64,000 nucleotides of DNA from a virus, in IMG/VR virus record IMGVR_UViG_3300044701_003563. One strand, 5' to 3'. Shown here piece after piece: positions 9,372 through 20,200 of this stretch. A model generated the notes under the pieces. That model worked only from the letters and a program-made list of their open reading frames with translations. It did not search any database and was not told the DNA's origin. A program made the position numbers and the translations under genes. Position 1 is the stretch's first letter, and every line of letters starts with the position of its first letter.

Positions 9372-12346
9372 TATGCTTGTGCCTCCGTCCAACTAAGAGA
9401 GATATCAACAATAGCATTATCTGATGCGCCACCATCTGGGTTGTTTATAACCACTGCAAGAACTTCTGGACCATCTGGATATGTTCTATTTCCACCCAAT
9501 ATGCTATTTTGCAATTCTTTAATTCCAGTAAGGTCAAAAATTTTACTCTCATCAGATCTTAATTGGAATCTAAAAAGAATTTCACCATCTCTTGGAATAA
9601 GAGTTTCGGTAGTACTATATTGAACAAAAGATGGTTGATAATAATTATTTGTTCCAATTGTTACTCGATTTGCAGAAATCCAAGATGTATTTTCATATCC
9701 TGTAGAATTTAATATTCCAATAACTTCAATTGTTGTTGGTTGAATATTTCCTGTTCCAAGTTTTGAAGATACATATAAATTTCCAAACTTAATAAGAGAT
9801 CTATTAATTAGTTCCCTTTCTCCAAGATTGCCAATTAAAGTATCGGAAACTGAAGGAGCTGGTCTAAGTACTCCAACTAATACTTGTGCTCCACCAGCAA
9901 CATCAATTGTATTTCTCGTTAATGAAAATTGAATAGTAGGGTCCCCATCAAATCCTCCATCCATAATTACCGATGACCCCCAGTGAGTAATTGTTGGAGC
10001 ACAAGTAGTATTGATTAATATTACTGAACTATGTTCTGGATGATTCCATGATTGTAATCTTTTTCCTGCTTCAGCAATTCCACCAGGACCGTAAAATGTT
10101 CTTTCTGATCCACTTAAGAAAATACTATAGTTTGTAGAAGTTGTAACTCCAGTTAAAGTATTACCTGATTTTCCAGTGTAACTCATAATCTCATGAATAT
10201 AATTATCAGATCCACTAATTGTTTGTTTACTGGTGACTTCAACATATTCTGGATATCCAGGAAGTGGAGTTGGGAATTCATTAGCATCCTTCAAATTCAA
10301 AGTTGTAGTTGTAAATCCTGTCTGATTAGTTAATTTACTTCTTGCAGTATTATGAGACACTTCATATCTTGCTGGAAGATTTCCAGATCTCATGTATGCT
10401 TCTGTATTTTTATTATTATTTGCAATACGATGTGCAATAATCCATTCACCTAATGGACCACGAATAGCATAATCAATATATCCAGCACCATACCAAGAAT
10501 ATTGTATTCCAAACATCTGCATTTTTCTAAATGCGTCTCCATCAGTTTTTAAATTAAAATGAGATGGTCCTTTTCCATTTATAGTATCAAAGTTGAAATC
10601 TTCTTGCGGTACTCTTTTATCTTGTATTAAACATATTTTAGAACCTGAGAAAGAAGCTCCTCTATATGGAGGTGAAACATGGCACGTAGTATTACTTGAA
10701 ATTCCTACAACTTGATATCTCTGTCCTTTAATTTGTAAGGAATCTCCGACTATAAGTTGATCTGCAAATTTAGTGCCAATACCAAATATTTCTGTACTTC
10801 CAACATTCATGGATGCAAATCCAGATAATTGGTATGTTGATGACCTTTTAGCAATATAAATTTTTTGACCATCAAATTCCCAATACATTCCATTAAAATC
10901 ATCAAATATTCCAAGTCTTACTGCAGCTCCTGCCCATGTTGTAATTCCAACTTTTGAATCTACAGTAACTATTGATGTTCCAGCAATACCAGCAGCAGCA
11001 TCTACTATAATAGCCTTTTCACTGGTAATTCCAGAAACTGTATAATATTTGTTGATTAATGAGGAATCTCCAGAAGCAGTTGTACTAATTCCAATAAGTT
11101 TAATTCCTGCTCCAGTTTGTAATCCATGAAAATCTGAAGTTGTTATTTTTATCTGTGTTTTATTATTAATAATTTCCAAATCATCTACATCAAAAGATGG
11201 AGCAAGAAGTGCTCCAGTAGAGAAAAGAATTCCCTTTCCTGCTTGATATCTAAAATATCTTTTTGTTTGTCTTTTTGCTTCTAGTCCATGAACGGGCAAT
11301 AATGATCCAGTTTTTACTCCACCATCAAAAGGTGCATGTTCAAAGAAACTGTCATTTATTGCATAGACTGCTGTATTTGTTGTGTTTGGAACGTCCGTTA
11401 GAGTGTTTCCAGAATCATAATTAATTGATCTTCCGTCTACAACTTGACGAACATAAAATCTTCCTTCATGAGTTTGTCTTCCAGCTCTGTTATCTGCAAC
11501 TAAAATTGGAGAACCTGGAACTAAACCATGAAATCCAGAAAATGTAACGGTAACAATACCAGAAGTTGCTCCAGTTTGATAACTCGTAACTGGCAAAACC
11601 CCTCTTTCAAAAATTCCACCCTCTTTTGCTTGAGTATAATTGTTGAGTAAAGAAGATCCAACAGAGATTACTCCTTTTGCTCTATAAGATGAAGTTTTTG
11701 CTGTAACAGAATCTCCACTTTCAACAATAAAAAGTCCATCTGCAAGTGGATTTCCAGTTCCCCTTACAGATATAACTCCACCAGTAACAGGAACATCAGT
11801 TGATGCAACACCAGCATTATAAGTTACAGTAATCAATGAAAATGGAGAAACCCCATTTGAAACTATGTTATTAATATCTTGAGTTGGTTTTGGAAATTCA
11901 TAAAAAGAAGGAATATTTCTATTTAATCCTAAGTTATCCCATTTTGTTAATTGAATTCCATACTCAAAATCCGCGTCAATTAATGCTTCTGGACTAGAAA
12001 CTCTTTGCCTTTCTATAGAGTCTAAACCAAATTCTGGAGGTCTTGAAATAATTCCTCTTCTTTGATCTTCAACTACAACTTGCAATCTATCTTCCGCAGA
12101 CATCCCAGATGTATCCGCAAAAAAATTAAAAGTGCATGTCCCATCAATTGCTTCTGGGTAATCTTCATCCCCTAAATGATCATGTTCCCATGTTGCGCCT
12201 TTAGAGGGATCTGAAAAATTATAAATTATAACATTTCTTGTTGTATTAACAACTAAAAGTAAATCTTCAAGTTCAATATGTCCTGGAATCTTTAATGTTC
12301 CAGCAACAGGATCAAATTTATATAATTTTTCAAATCTTCTTGCCAT
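9371..12346 (-). CDS. Virion structural protein
   Basis: 991 aa; LIDADFEYG.Q.TKW, RQTKRYFRYQAGKG and WYGAG motifs of a cyanophage structural family, plus HGL..G repeats. Confidence 0.7.
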   Translation of the reverse strand: MARRFEKLYKFDPVAGTLKIPGHIELEDLLLVVNTTRNVIIYNFSDPSKGATWEHDHLGDEDYPEAIDGTCTFNFFADTSGMSAEDRLQVVVEDQRRGIISRPPEFGLDSIERQRVSSPEALIDADFEYGIQLTKWDNLGLNRNIPSFYEFPKPTQDINNIVSNGVSPFSLITVTYNAGVASTDVPVTGGVISVRGTGNPLADGLFIVESGDSVTAKTSSYRAKGVISVGSSLLNNYTQAKEGGIFERGVLPVTSYQTGATSGIVTVTFSGFHGLVPGSPILVADNRAGRQTHEGRFYVRQVVDGRSINYDSGNTLTDVPNTTNTAVYAINDSFFEHAPFDGGVKTGSLLPVHGLEAKRQTKRYFRYQAGKGILFSTGALLAPSFDVDDLEIINNKTQIKITTSDFHGLQTGAGIKLIGISTTASGDSSLINKYYTVSGITSEKAIIVDAAAGIAGTSIVTVDSKVGITTWAGAAVRLGIFDDFNGMYWEFDGQKIYIAKRSSTYQLSGFASMNVGSTEIFGIGTKFADQLIVGDSLQIKGQRYQVVGISSNTTCHVSPPYRGASFSGSKICLIQDKRVPQEDFNFDTINGKGPSHFNLKTDGDAFRKMQMFGIQYSWYGAGYIDYAIRGPLGEWIIAHRIANNNKNTEAYMRSGNLPARYEVSHNTARSKLTNQTGFTTTTLNLKDANEFPTPLPGYPEYVEVTSKQTISGSDNYIHEIMSYTGKSGNTLTGVTTSTNYSIFLSGSERTFYGPGGIAEAGKRLQSWNHPEHSSVILINTTCAPTITHWGSSVIMDGGFDGDPTIQFSLTRNTIDVAGGAQVLVGVLRPAPSVSDTLIGNLGERELINRSLIKFGNLYVSSKLGTGNIQPTTIEVIGILNSTGYENTSWISANRVTIGTNNYYQPSFVQYSTTETLIPRDGEILFRFQLRSDESKIFDLTGIKELQNSILGGNRTYPDGPEVLAVVINNPDGGASDNAIVDISLSWTEAQA

Positions 12347-12352
12347 TTTTAA

Positions 12353-15300
12353 TTATACTCCGAATATGATTGAATAAACTATAGAATCTGTAACTGTTCC
12401 AAATTGATTTATATTTGTTGGGGAATTTGTAGATTTAACAGCATACCCAAAGAAGGAATCTGTAACTTTTGGTGCCTCAACAAATGCGATAGTAATTGGG
12501 TCTGCTGCTTTATTATTTCCACCACCACCAATTTGATTGGTGTTAAATCCACGATTATTTGATGGATCTGGTTCTTGAATAATTCCACCGACAGAAAGTA
12601 TAAATCTTGCCAAACTGTCTATCTCATTATTTATGAATCGTGCAAGATTTCCAGATCCAACAGAATATCCTTGATTTGCAAATAATACTTTATCATATGG
12701 AGTAAATGTAGTTCTAGACCCATCAAACACCTCTTCAAATGCAATTATGACTGTTTGATCTGGAATTGATACTTGTTTTCCTTGTGTTCCTTGTAATCCC
12801 TGATTTCCTTGTGTTCCTTGTGTTCCCTGGAAATTGCTAAGTGCGCCTTGAAGACCTTGCAATCCTTGAACACCCTGGAGTCCTTGAGTTGCTTGAACTC
12901 CCTGATTTCCTTGTAAACCTTGAACACCTTGGACTCCCTGATTTCCTTGAAGACCTTGAACGCCTTGAACACCCTGATTTCCTTGTAATCCTTGGACACC
13001 TTGGACTCCCTGATTTCCTTGAAGACCTTGAACGCCTTGAACACCCTGATTTCCTTGTAATCCTTGGACACCTTGGACTCCCTGATTTCCTTGTAATCCT
13101 TGGACACCTTGGACACCTTGAACTCCTTGATTTCCTTGGAGACCTTGAACACCTTGGACACCTTGGACTCCCTGATTTCCTTGTAATCCTTGGACACCTT
13201 GGACACCTTGAACTCCTTGATTTCCTTGGAGCCCTTGGACACCTTGAACTCCTTGATTTCCTTGAAGACCTTGGACACCTTGGACTCCCTGATTTCCTTG
13301 AAGACCTTGAACACCTTGGAGACCTTGAACTCCCTGGAGACCTTGGACACCTTGGACACCCTGATTTCCTTGAAGACCTTGAACACCTTGATTACCTTGG
13401 AGACCTTGGACTCCCTGAACTCCTTGATTTCCTTGAACTCCCTGGAGACCTTGAACACCTTGGACACCCTGATTTCCTTGAAGACCTTGAACACCTTGGA
13501 CACCCTGATTTCCTTGAAGACCTTGAACACCTTGGACACCCTGATTTCCTTGGACACCTTGGACACCTTGATTTCCTTGGAGACCTTGAACTCCTTGAAC
13601 TCCTTGATTACCTTGGAGACCTTGGGTTCCTTGAACACCTTGAACTCCCTGATTTCCTTGGAGACCCTGAACACCTTGAACTCCTTGAACTCCTTGATTG
13701 CCTTGGAGACCTTGGGTTCCTTGAACACCTTGAACTCCTTGATTTCCTTGGAGACCTTGAACTCCTTGAACTCCCTGATTTCCTTGTAATCCCTGAGTTC
13801 CTTGAACTCCCTGATTTCCCTGGAGACCTTGGGTTCCTTGAACACCTTGAACTCCTTGATTTCCCTGGAGACCTTGGACACCTTGGACTCCCTGATTTCC
13901 TTGTAATCCTTGGACACCTTGGACTCCCTGATTTCCTTGTAATCCTTGGGCACCTTGGACTCCCTGATTTCCTTGTAATCCTTGGACACCTTGGACACCT
14001 TGGACTCCTTGATTGCCTTGGAGACCTTGGGTTCCTTGAACACCTTGAACTCCTTGATTTCCTTGGAGACCTTGAACTCCTTGAACTCCCTGATTTCCCT
14101 GGAGACCCTGAACACCTTGAACTCCCTGATTTCCTTGTAATCCCTGAGTTCCTTGAACTCCCTGATTTCCCTGGAGACCTTGTACACCCTGAGTTCCTTG
14201 AGCACCTTGGAAACCTTGAAGACCCTGTGTTCCTTGAACCCCTTGATTGCCTTGGAGACCCTGAGTTCCTTGAACACCTTGAACTCCCTGATTTCCTTGG
14301 AGACCTTGGACTCCTTGATTTCCCTGTAATCCTTGGACACCCTGAACGCCTTGGAAACCTTGAAGACCTTGTGTTCCTTGAACTCCCTGATTCCCCTGAA
14401 GTCCTTGTGTTCCTTGAACACCTTGGAAACCTTGAAGACCTTGTGTTCCTTGAACTCCCTGATTCCCCTGAAGTCCTTGTGTTCCTTGAACACCTTGGAA
14501 ACCTTGAAGACCTTGTGTTCCTTGAACTCCCTGATTTCCTTGAAGACCTTGAACTCCTTGGGTTCCTTGAGTTCCTTGGAAACCTTGGAGACCTTGAACA
14601 CCTTGAACACCTTGATTTCCTTGGAGACCTTGAACACCTTGGACACCTTGGAAACCTTGAAGACCTTGTATTCCTTGGACTCCCTGATTTCCTTGGAGAC
14701 CTTGAACACCTTGGACACCTTGGAAACCTTGAAGACCTTGTATTCCTTGGACTCCCTGATTTCCTTGGAGACCTTGAACACCTTGGACACCTTGGAAACC
14801 TTGAAGACCTTGTATTCCTTGGACTCCCTGATTTCCTTGAACTCCTTGATTACCTTGAAGTCCCTGAGTTCCCTGGACTCCTTGATTACCTTGAAGACCT
14901 TGAACTCCTTGATTACCTTGAAGACCTTGTGTTCCTTGTACTCCTTGATTACCTTGGAGTCCCTGAGTTCCTTGAACTCCTTGATTACCTTGGAGTCCCT
15001 GAGTTCCTTGAACTCCTTGATTACCTTGGAGTCCCTGATTTCCTTGAACTCCTTGATTTCCTTGTAAACCCTGAACACCTTGGGTTCCTTGATTGCCCTG
15101 AACTCCTTGATTGCCTTGAAGACCTTGGGTTCCTTGGACTCCTTGATTACCTTGAAGACCTTGTGTTCCTTGAACTCCTTGATTGCCTTGAAGACCTTGG
15201 GTTCCTTGAACTCCTTGATTTCCCTGAAGACCTTGGACTCCCTGGACTCCCTGATTGCCTTGGAGTCCCTGAGTTCCTTGAACTCCTTGATTTCCCTGAA

Positions 15301-16894
15301 GACCTTGGACTCCCTGGACTCCCTGATTGCCTTGGAGTCCCTGAGTTCCTTGAACTCCTTGATTTCCCTGAAGACCTTGGACTCCCTGGACTCCCTGATT
15401 GCCTTGGAGTCCCTGATTTCCTTGGAGACCTTGGACTCCCTGGACTCCCTGGACTCCCTGATTTCCTTGAAGACCTTGAACTCCTTGATTTCCCTGGAGA
15501 CCTTGGACTCCCTGGACTCCCTGGACTCCCTGATTTCCTTGAAGACCTTGAACTCCTTGATTTCCCTGAAGACCTTGTATTCCTTGAACTCCCTGATTTC
15601 CTTGGAAACCCTGAAGACCTTGTGTTCCCTGGACTCCTTGATTTCCCTGAAGACCTTGAACACCTTGATCTCCTTGCAATCCTTGAACTCCTTGAGTTCC
15701 CTGGTGTCCTTGAAGACCTTGAAGACCTTGAACACCTTGATCTCCTTGCAATCCTTGAACTCCTTGAGTTCCCTGGTGTCCTTGAAGACCTTGAAGACCT
15801 TGAACACCTTGATCTCCTTGCAATCCTTGAACTCCTTGAGTTCCCTGGTGTCCTTGAAGACCTTGAAGACCTTGAACTCCCTGATTTCCTTGGAAACCCT
15901 GAAGACCTTGTGTTCCCTGGACTCCTTGATTTCCCTGAAGACCTTGAACACCTTGATCTCCTTGCAATCCTTGAACTCCTTGAGTTCCCTGGTGTCCTTG
16001 AAGACCTTGAAGACCTTGAACTCCCTGATTACCTTGGAGACCTTGAACTCCTTGAACTCCTTGAGTTCCCTGGTGTCCTTGAAGACCTTGAAGACCTTGA
16101 ACTCCCTGATTTCCTTGCAATCCTTGAACTCCTTGAGTTCCCTGGTGTCCTTGAAGACCTTGAAGACCTTGAACTCCCTGATTACCTTGGAGACCTTGAA
16201 CTCCTTGAACACCCTGAGTTCCTTGAAAATTACTTAATGCGCCTTGAAGACCTTGAGTACCCTGAGTACCTTGTAAAGCAGTTTTCCAAGAAACAGTTCC
16301 ATCGCCATTTGAATAAAGAAGGTCATCTAAATTCCCACCAAATCCATCTTTATCGTATACTGTTCCGTCTAATTTCAAACTGCCAGCAACATGTAATTTG
16401 GAGTCGGAATATACAATAGTTGTTCCTATTCCTACAGAACCATTAATATATGCTCCACTATAAACTTGAAATAACTGATTTGGTGTTCCAGTTGTTACTC
16501 CAGTTCCTACTCCAATACTTACAGTTCCATTTAAAAATGTTGTAATTCCAGCAACAAATAAGGTTTGTGTCCTTAACTTTTGAATTGCAGCTTCATCAAC
16601 AATTTGCCCCCCAGTAATTTCTGTTGGACCTGCAAAAAATGTTCTTGCAGTAACTACCCCCGTAAAATATCCATCTCCATCGACCCATAAAGCAGCTCCC
16701 TGAGGAGTTTCTGTTCCTATTGCAACTGCATCTGAAAAATATCCTTTTCCTTCTACATGTAAATCTAATATTGCATTATTTGTTCCTACTCCAACTTTAC
16801 CAGCAGCAATCGACAGTACTGTTTCATTTTCCGTATATGAAACAATACCAATATTAACTCTGCGTTGACGATTGCTTAGGTAATTTTTTGCCAT
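12353..16894 (-). CDS. Giant collagen-like fibre protein (Gly-X-Gln)
   Basis: N-terminal VGIGT fibre repeats, 375 in-register G-X-Q triplets and a C-terminal domain ending SIVYSIIFGV. Confidence 0.9.
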   Translation of the reverse strand: MAKNYLSNRQRRVNIGIVSYTENETVLSIAAGKVGVGTNNAILDLHVEGKGYFSDAVAIGTETPQGAALWVDGDGYFTGVVTARTFFAGPTEITGGQIVDEAAIQKLRTQTLFVAGITTFLNGTVSIGVGTGVTTGTPNQLFQVYSGAYINGSVGIGTTIVYSDSKLHVAGSLKLDGTVYDKDGFGGNLDDLLYSNGDGTVSWKTALQGTQGTQGLQGALSNFQGTQGVQGVQGLQGNQGVQGLQGLQGHQGTQGVQGLQGNQGVQGLQGLQGHQGTQGVQGVQGLQGNQGVQGLQGLQGHQGTQGVQGLQGDQGVQGLQGNQGVQGTQGLQGFQGNQGVQGLQGLQGHQGTQGVQGLQGDQGVQGLQGLQGHQGTQGVQGLQGDQGVQGLQGLQGHQGTQGVQGLQGDQGVQGLQGNQGVQGTQGLQGFQGNQGVQGIQGLQGNQGVQGLQGNQGVQGVQGVQGLQGNQGVQGLQGNQGVQGVQGVQGLQGNQGLQGNQGVQGVQGLQGNQGVQGTQGLQGNQGVQGVQGLQGNQGVQGTQGLQGNQGVQGVQGLQGNQGVQGTQGLQGNQGVQGTQGLQGNQGVQGTQGLQGNQGVQGNQGTQGVQGLQGNQGVQGNQGLQGNQGVQGTQGLQGNQGVQGTQGLQGNQGVQGTQGLQGNQGVQGLQGNQGVQGTQGLQGNQGVQGNQGVQGIQGLQGFQGVQGVQGLQGNQGVQGIQGLQGFQGVQGVQGLQGNQGVQGIQGLQGFQGVQGVQGLQGNQGVQGVQGLQGFQGTQGTQGVQGLQGNQGVQGTQGLQGFQGVQGTQGLQGNQGVQGTQGLQGFQGVQGTQGLQGNQGVQGTQGLQGFQGVQGVQGLQGNQGVQGLQGNQGVQGVQGTQGLQGNQGVQGTQGLQGFQGAQGTQGVQGLQGNQGVQGTQGLQGNQGVQGVQGLQGNQGVQGVQGLQGNQGVQGVQGTQGLQGNQGVQGVQGVQGLQGNQGVQGAQGLQGNQGVQGVQGLQGNQGVQGVQGLQGNQGVQGVQGTQGLQGNQGVQGTQGLQGNQGVQGVQGLQGNQGVQGVQGTQGLQGNQGVQGVQGVQGLQGNQGVQGVQGTQGLQGNQGVQGVQGLQGNQGVQGVQGNQGVQGVQGLQGNQGVQGVQGLQGNQGVQGVQGLQGVQGNQGVQGVQGLQGNQGVQGLQGNQGVQGVQGLQGVQGLQGVQGLQGNQGVQGVQGLQGNQGVQGVQGLQGNQGVQGVQGVQGLQGNQGVQGVQGVQGLQGNQGVQGVQGVQGLQGNQGVQGVQGLQGNQGVQGVQGLQGNQGVQGVQGLQGNQGVQGVQGLQGNQGVQGVQGLQGNQGVQATQGLQGVQGLQGLQGALSNFQGTQGTQGNQGLQGTQGKQVSIPDQTVIIAFEEVFDGSRTTFTPYDKVLFANQGYSVGSGNLARFINNEIDSLARFILSVGGIIQEPDPSNNRGFNTNQIGGGGNNKAADPITIAFVEAPKVTDSFFGYAVKSTNSPTNINQFGTVTDSIVYSIIFGV
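12848..16222 (-). repeat. 9-bp tandem repeat array (GGN-NNN-CAR) with higher-order 72-bp units
   Basis: 3375 nt = 375 triplets between two GALSNFQ motifs; 72-bp blocks recur at 15661, 15733 and 15805. Confidence 0.95.
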
Positions 16895-16896
16895 TG

Positions 16897-17256
16897 TTAG
16901 TTAAGAGTTTCTAATATACTTCCTACAAATTTTAAATTAGTTCCAGAAACTATTCCCGCATTATTACTTGATGATATTACCAATCTATCTCCACTTTCTA
17001 AAATTAATTTTCCACCAAAAAGATTTAAAGTGTCTGTCCCAGAAACTGGATAACTTTTCATCAATTCAGTATCTACTGGAGATCCAGAAACTATTCTCCT
17101 ATGTAAAACAGTAACATCTTCAGAAACATTGCCAACATTTGTTACCTGCGCTAACAAAAAAACCCCAGTATATCCAATTGGAGCTGTGTAAACTTCTTGT
17201 TGTGTTGTCTGTAAAACTTTTGTTACAGTTTGGAATACATTAAGTGCTAATGCCAT
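16897..17256 (-). CDS. Small virion protein, paralog of 27321..27689
   Basis: MALALNVFQT...YTAPIG...QVTNV...GKLILESGD...SILETLN matches the second copy. Confidence 0.75.
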   Translation of the reverse strand: MALALNVFQTVTKVLQTTQQEVYTAPIGYTGVFLLAQVTNVGNVSEDVTVLHRRIVSGSPVDTELMKSYPVSGTDTLNLFGGKLILESGDRLVISSSNNAGIVSGTNLKFVGSILETLN

Positions 17257-17260
17257 TTCT

Positions 17261-20200
17261 TTAATCTCCTCCTAATGCTAGGATAAATGGTGTCATAGTT
17301 GCAAACAAACTCTTGGAATAAAAATCACCAGTAATAGATCCTGTAGTTTGATTAATAATTACACCGTCACCAATTTTAAAGTTTCCTGCTTGATCTGTGC
17401 TTGTGTAAACAACTAATCCACCATTACGAGCATCAGTTTCATTTTCTGGAATAGGAACTCCTCCCAATCTAGGCAAACATTTATCTATATCAATTCCCGT
17501 ACCAATATATTCAAGTGAATGTCCAGATGCCAATACTCTACTTTGTTTATAAAATGGAACTTCTGTTCCAACACCAACAAAATAAGGAACATTTTCTCCT
17601 ACAGTTATTGTTGTAATTCCTGAAGAAACTTCTGTTGCTTCAGTAATTACATAATAAGTTGGAGTAAGTTCTACTATTGCTGTAGCTGTATTTATTCCAC
17701 TTTGAGGTCCAGTAATTGTAATTTTTGGAGGAATCTTATATCCTCTTCCACTGGATACGAGTTCAATATTTGTTATTGATCCACTTCGTATTTCAGCAAC
17801 CGCTTGAGCTGGAATTCCCCATTCAACCTCTGGAGATTCAAAAGATAATGTTGGAGGTTCCGAATATCCACTTCCTGAATTTAAAATAATTACATTTTTT
17901 ACAGTATAATAAAGATCCTCAAAATAAACTACTTGTCCGTTGAAAGGTCTTATGACATCAATCTTTGCAGTTCCACCAGAAACATAATAGTGTTCAAATG
18001 GAGCAGTGCCAACATATGCTGAAAACACAGTACTTGCTGCAGATACTGATGGAAGAGGAGATATATTCAAATCTGCATTAAAAATTGCAGTTGTAACTAT
18101 TCCAACTAAATTATCAATATAAGATTTAACATTAGAGCAAGAGTTTTCACTATTATTACTCTGAGTAGTTGGATCTTCAATTAAATCAAAATTCTTCTTA
18201 TTCAACTGATTATTAATTGCAAGTTTCATGTAATCTCTTGCAGATTCAAAAGAAGTGATTGTTTGTGGTATTTCATTCTCAATGCTGTTATCGAGAGATC
18301 CATCCAAATTAAAATAAAATTTAGTTGCGTCAATTGTGTTCTCATTAGTATAATCTCTTACATCAAGAGATACATAATCAATTAAATAACCAATATCTCT
18401 ACGACACTTTGATAATCCTAAGGAATATATTCCTTCATTTATTGGTGGCAGTTCAGTAAGATCTGAGGAAACAATTACAGAAGTAACAATTCCAGTAAGA
18501 GTATCAATTGTATTTCTAACATTTGTACAAGATGTTGGATTTTTATTAGAAGTAGTTCCTATTCCTGGATTTGAATCTGTAGTGAGAGTAAGATCTTGTA
18601 TATTTAATTGATTAGTAATTGCTTTCTTTGAAAATTCAGATGCCTGCATGAATACATAAACAGATTCTGATTCTTCCCCGAGCAATGCCGTTGTTGCAGA
18701 ACCAACATTATTAAAATATTGCTTTGTAAACTCAGAAGCATAATAATTTCCGCCAACAAATAAATCAGTTGCGATTGCATCGACAAAATATCTCGTATCC
18801 CTTATGCACTTATTGGTTGTAGAAATTCCCAGGTTCTCATTGAATGTTGATAAGAATGCGGTTGTTCCAACTCCAATTACATTAGTGGATATTGCAACTA
18901 ATGTGTCTATATTATTTTGAACATCAATACAAGAATTTGCATTTCCTGATGGAAAAACTGGAATATCATTACCTGCTCCAAGATATTCTGCAGTTCCAGA
19001 AGATATTCCAATAGTTTTGATATTTAATTGATTTGTAACTGCTCTTTTAAATAGATCTCTTGCGGCATTAAATGCAGTTATTGATTGAGATTCTTCATTA
19101 ATCAATCCATTGGAAATTGGTTGACCAGTTTGAGCATCAAAATACTGTAATGTAAAATCTCTTGAATACTTATTTCCACCTGTAAATAAATCTGTTGCAA
19201 TTGCATCTATAAAATATCCAAGATCTCTCGCACATTTTAATCCTCCAGGAGAACTGGTTGTTCCTATTCCTGCTAAAGTATGAGGTAATACATTAGTACT
19301 ATCTTGAACATAATACCCAAAATTTTGTGGTGGAAGTGACAGTAAATTTCCATTATCAATTACCGAAGTTATGATTCCAACTAAGTTATCAATATTGGAA
19401 CGAACGTTTGCACATGAGTTTGGATTTGTGTTTGATCCAGTTAGTGGGTCTACAGTTATTGTTAAATCACTATAAGCAGCACCGACAAGAGTGTTGGTAA
19501 TAGCATCTTTCATCAACTGCTTTGCTTGTTCAAAAACATAAATGGATTCTGATTCTTCTCCAAGTAATCCATTATTTGTAGGATTTCCATCAGCATCAAA
19601 ATAAAATTTTGCAAATGCTATAGAATAACTATTACCACCTGTGAATATATCTGTCGAAACTGCATCAATGAATAAACCAGTATCTCTCTTACATTTATCC
19701 ATTACAGCAGCAAAGTCAGTCCCAGCAAATCCTGGATTATTGACTGCGGAAGTAAAAGCAATAGAAACTATTACGTCTTTATTATTTTGAATTAAACGAT
19801 ATGAATCTGCATATCTTGATCTTGCATTTGTTTGATTATCGCCTGGAAAATAAAAATCTGAATGAGCAATTGCTACAGCAGCAAGTGACTTATCAATAAT
19901 TTCTTGTCTATTCTTTTGAATTAAACCAGATCCATCATAAAATCTTGATCTCTCATTAGTTTCTGGTTCATCTGGAAAATAGAAGTCTGATGGAAATCCT
20001 ACTGCAAGTTTTGATGCTGCTTTGTCAGCAATTTCTCTTTGATTTTGCTTAATAAGACGATATGAATCATAATATCTAGATCTATCAGTTGTTTGCTCAT
20101 CTCCAGGTAAGTAAAAATCTGGATAATTTAATGCAATAGATGCTAGTGCCTTATCTTGAATTTCTTTCTTATTTGCTTGAATAGAATTATATGCATCATA

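Noticed and set aside
12848-16222. Possible CRISPR array or diversity-generating retroelement repeats
   Set aside because: No unique spacers, the repeat is in-frame coding sequence, and no cas gene, reverse transcriptase or adenine-specific TR/VR pair was seen in the window.
12745-16419. Long overlapping ORFs: 1155 aa (minus strand, alternate frame) and 1192 aa (plus strand), plus shorter plus-strand ORFs
   Set aside because: Forced by the repeat. In GGN-NNN-CAR arrays the shifted codons are always GNN, NNC and ARG, and their reverse complements NNC, GNN and CYT, none of which can be a stop. The ORFs end close to where the collagen ends.
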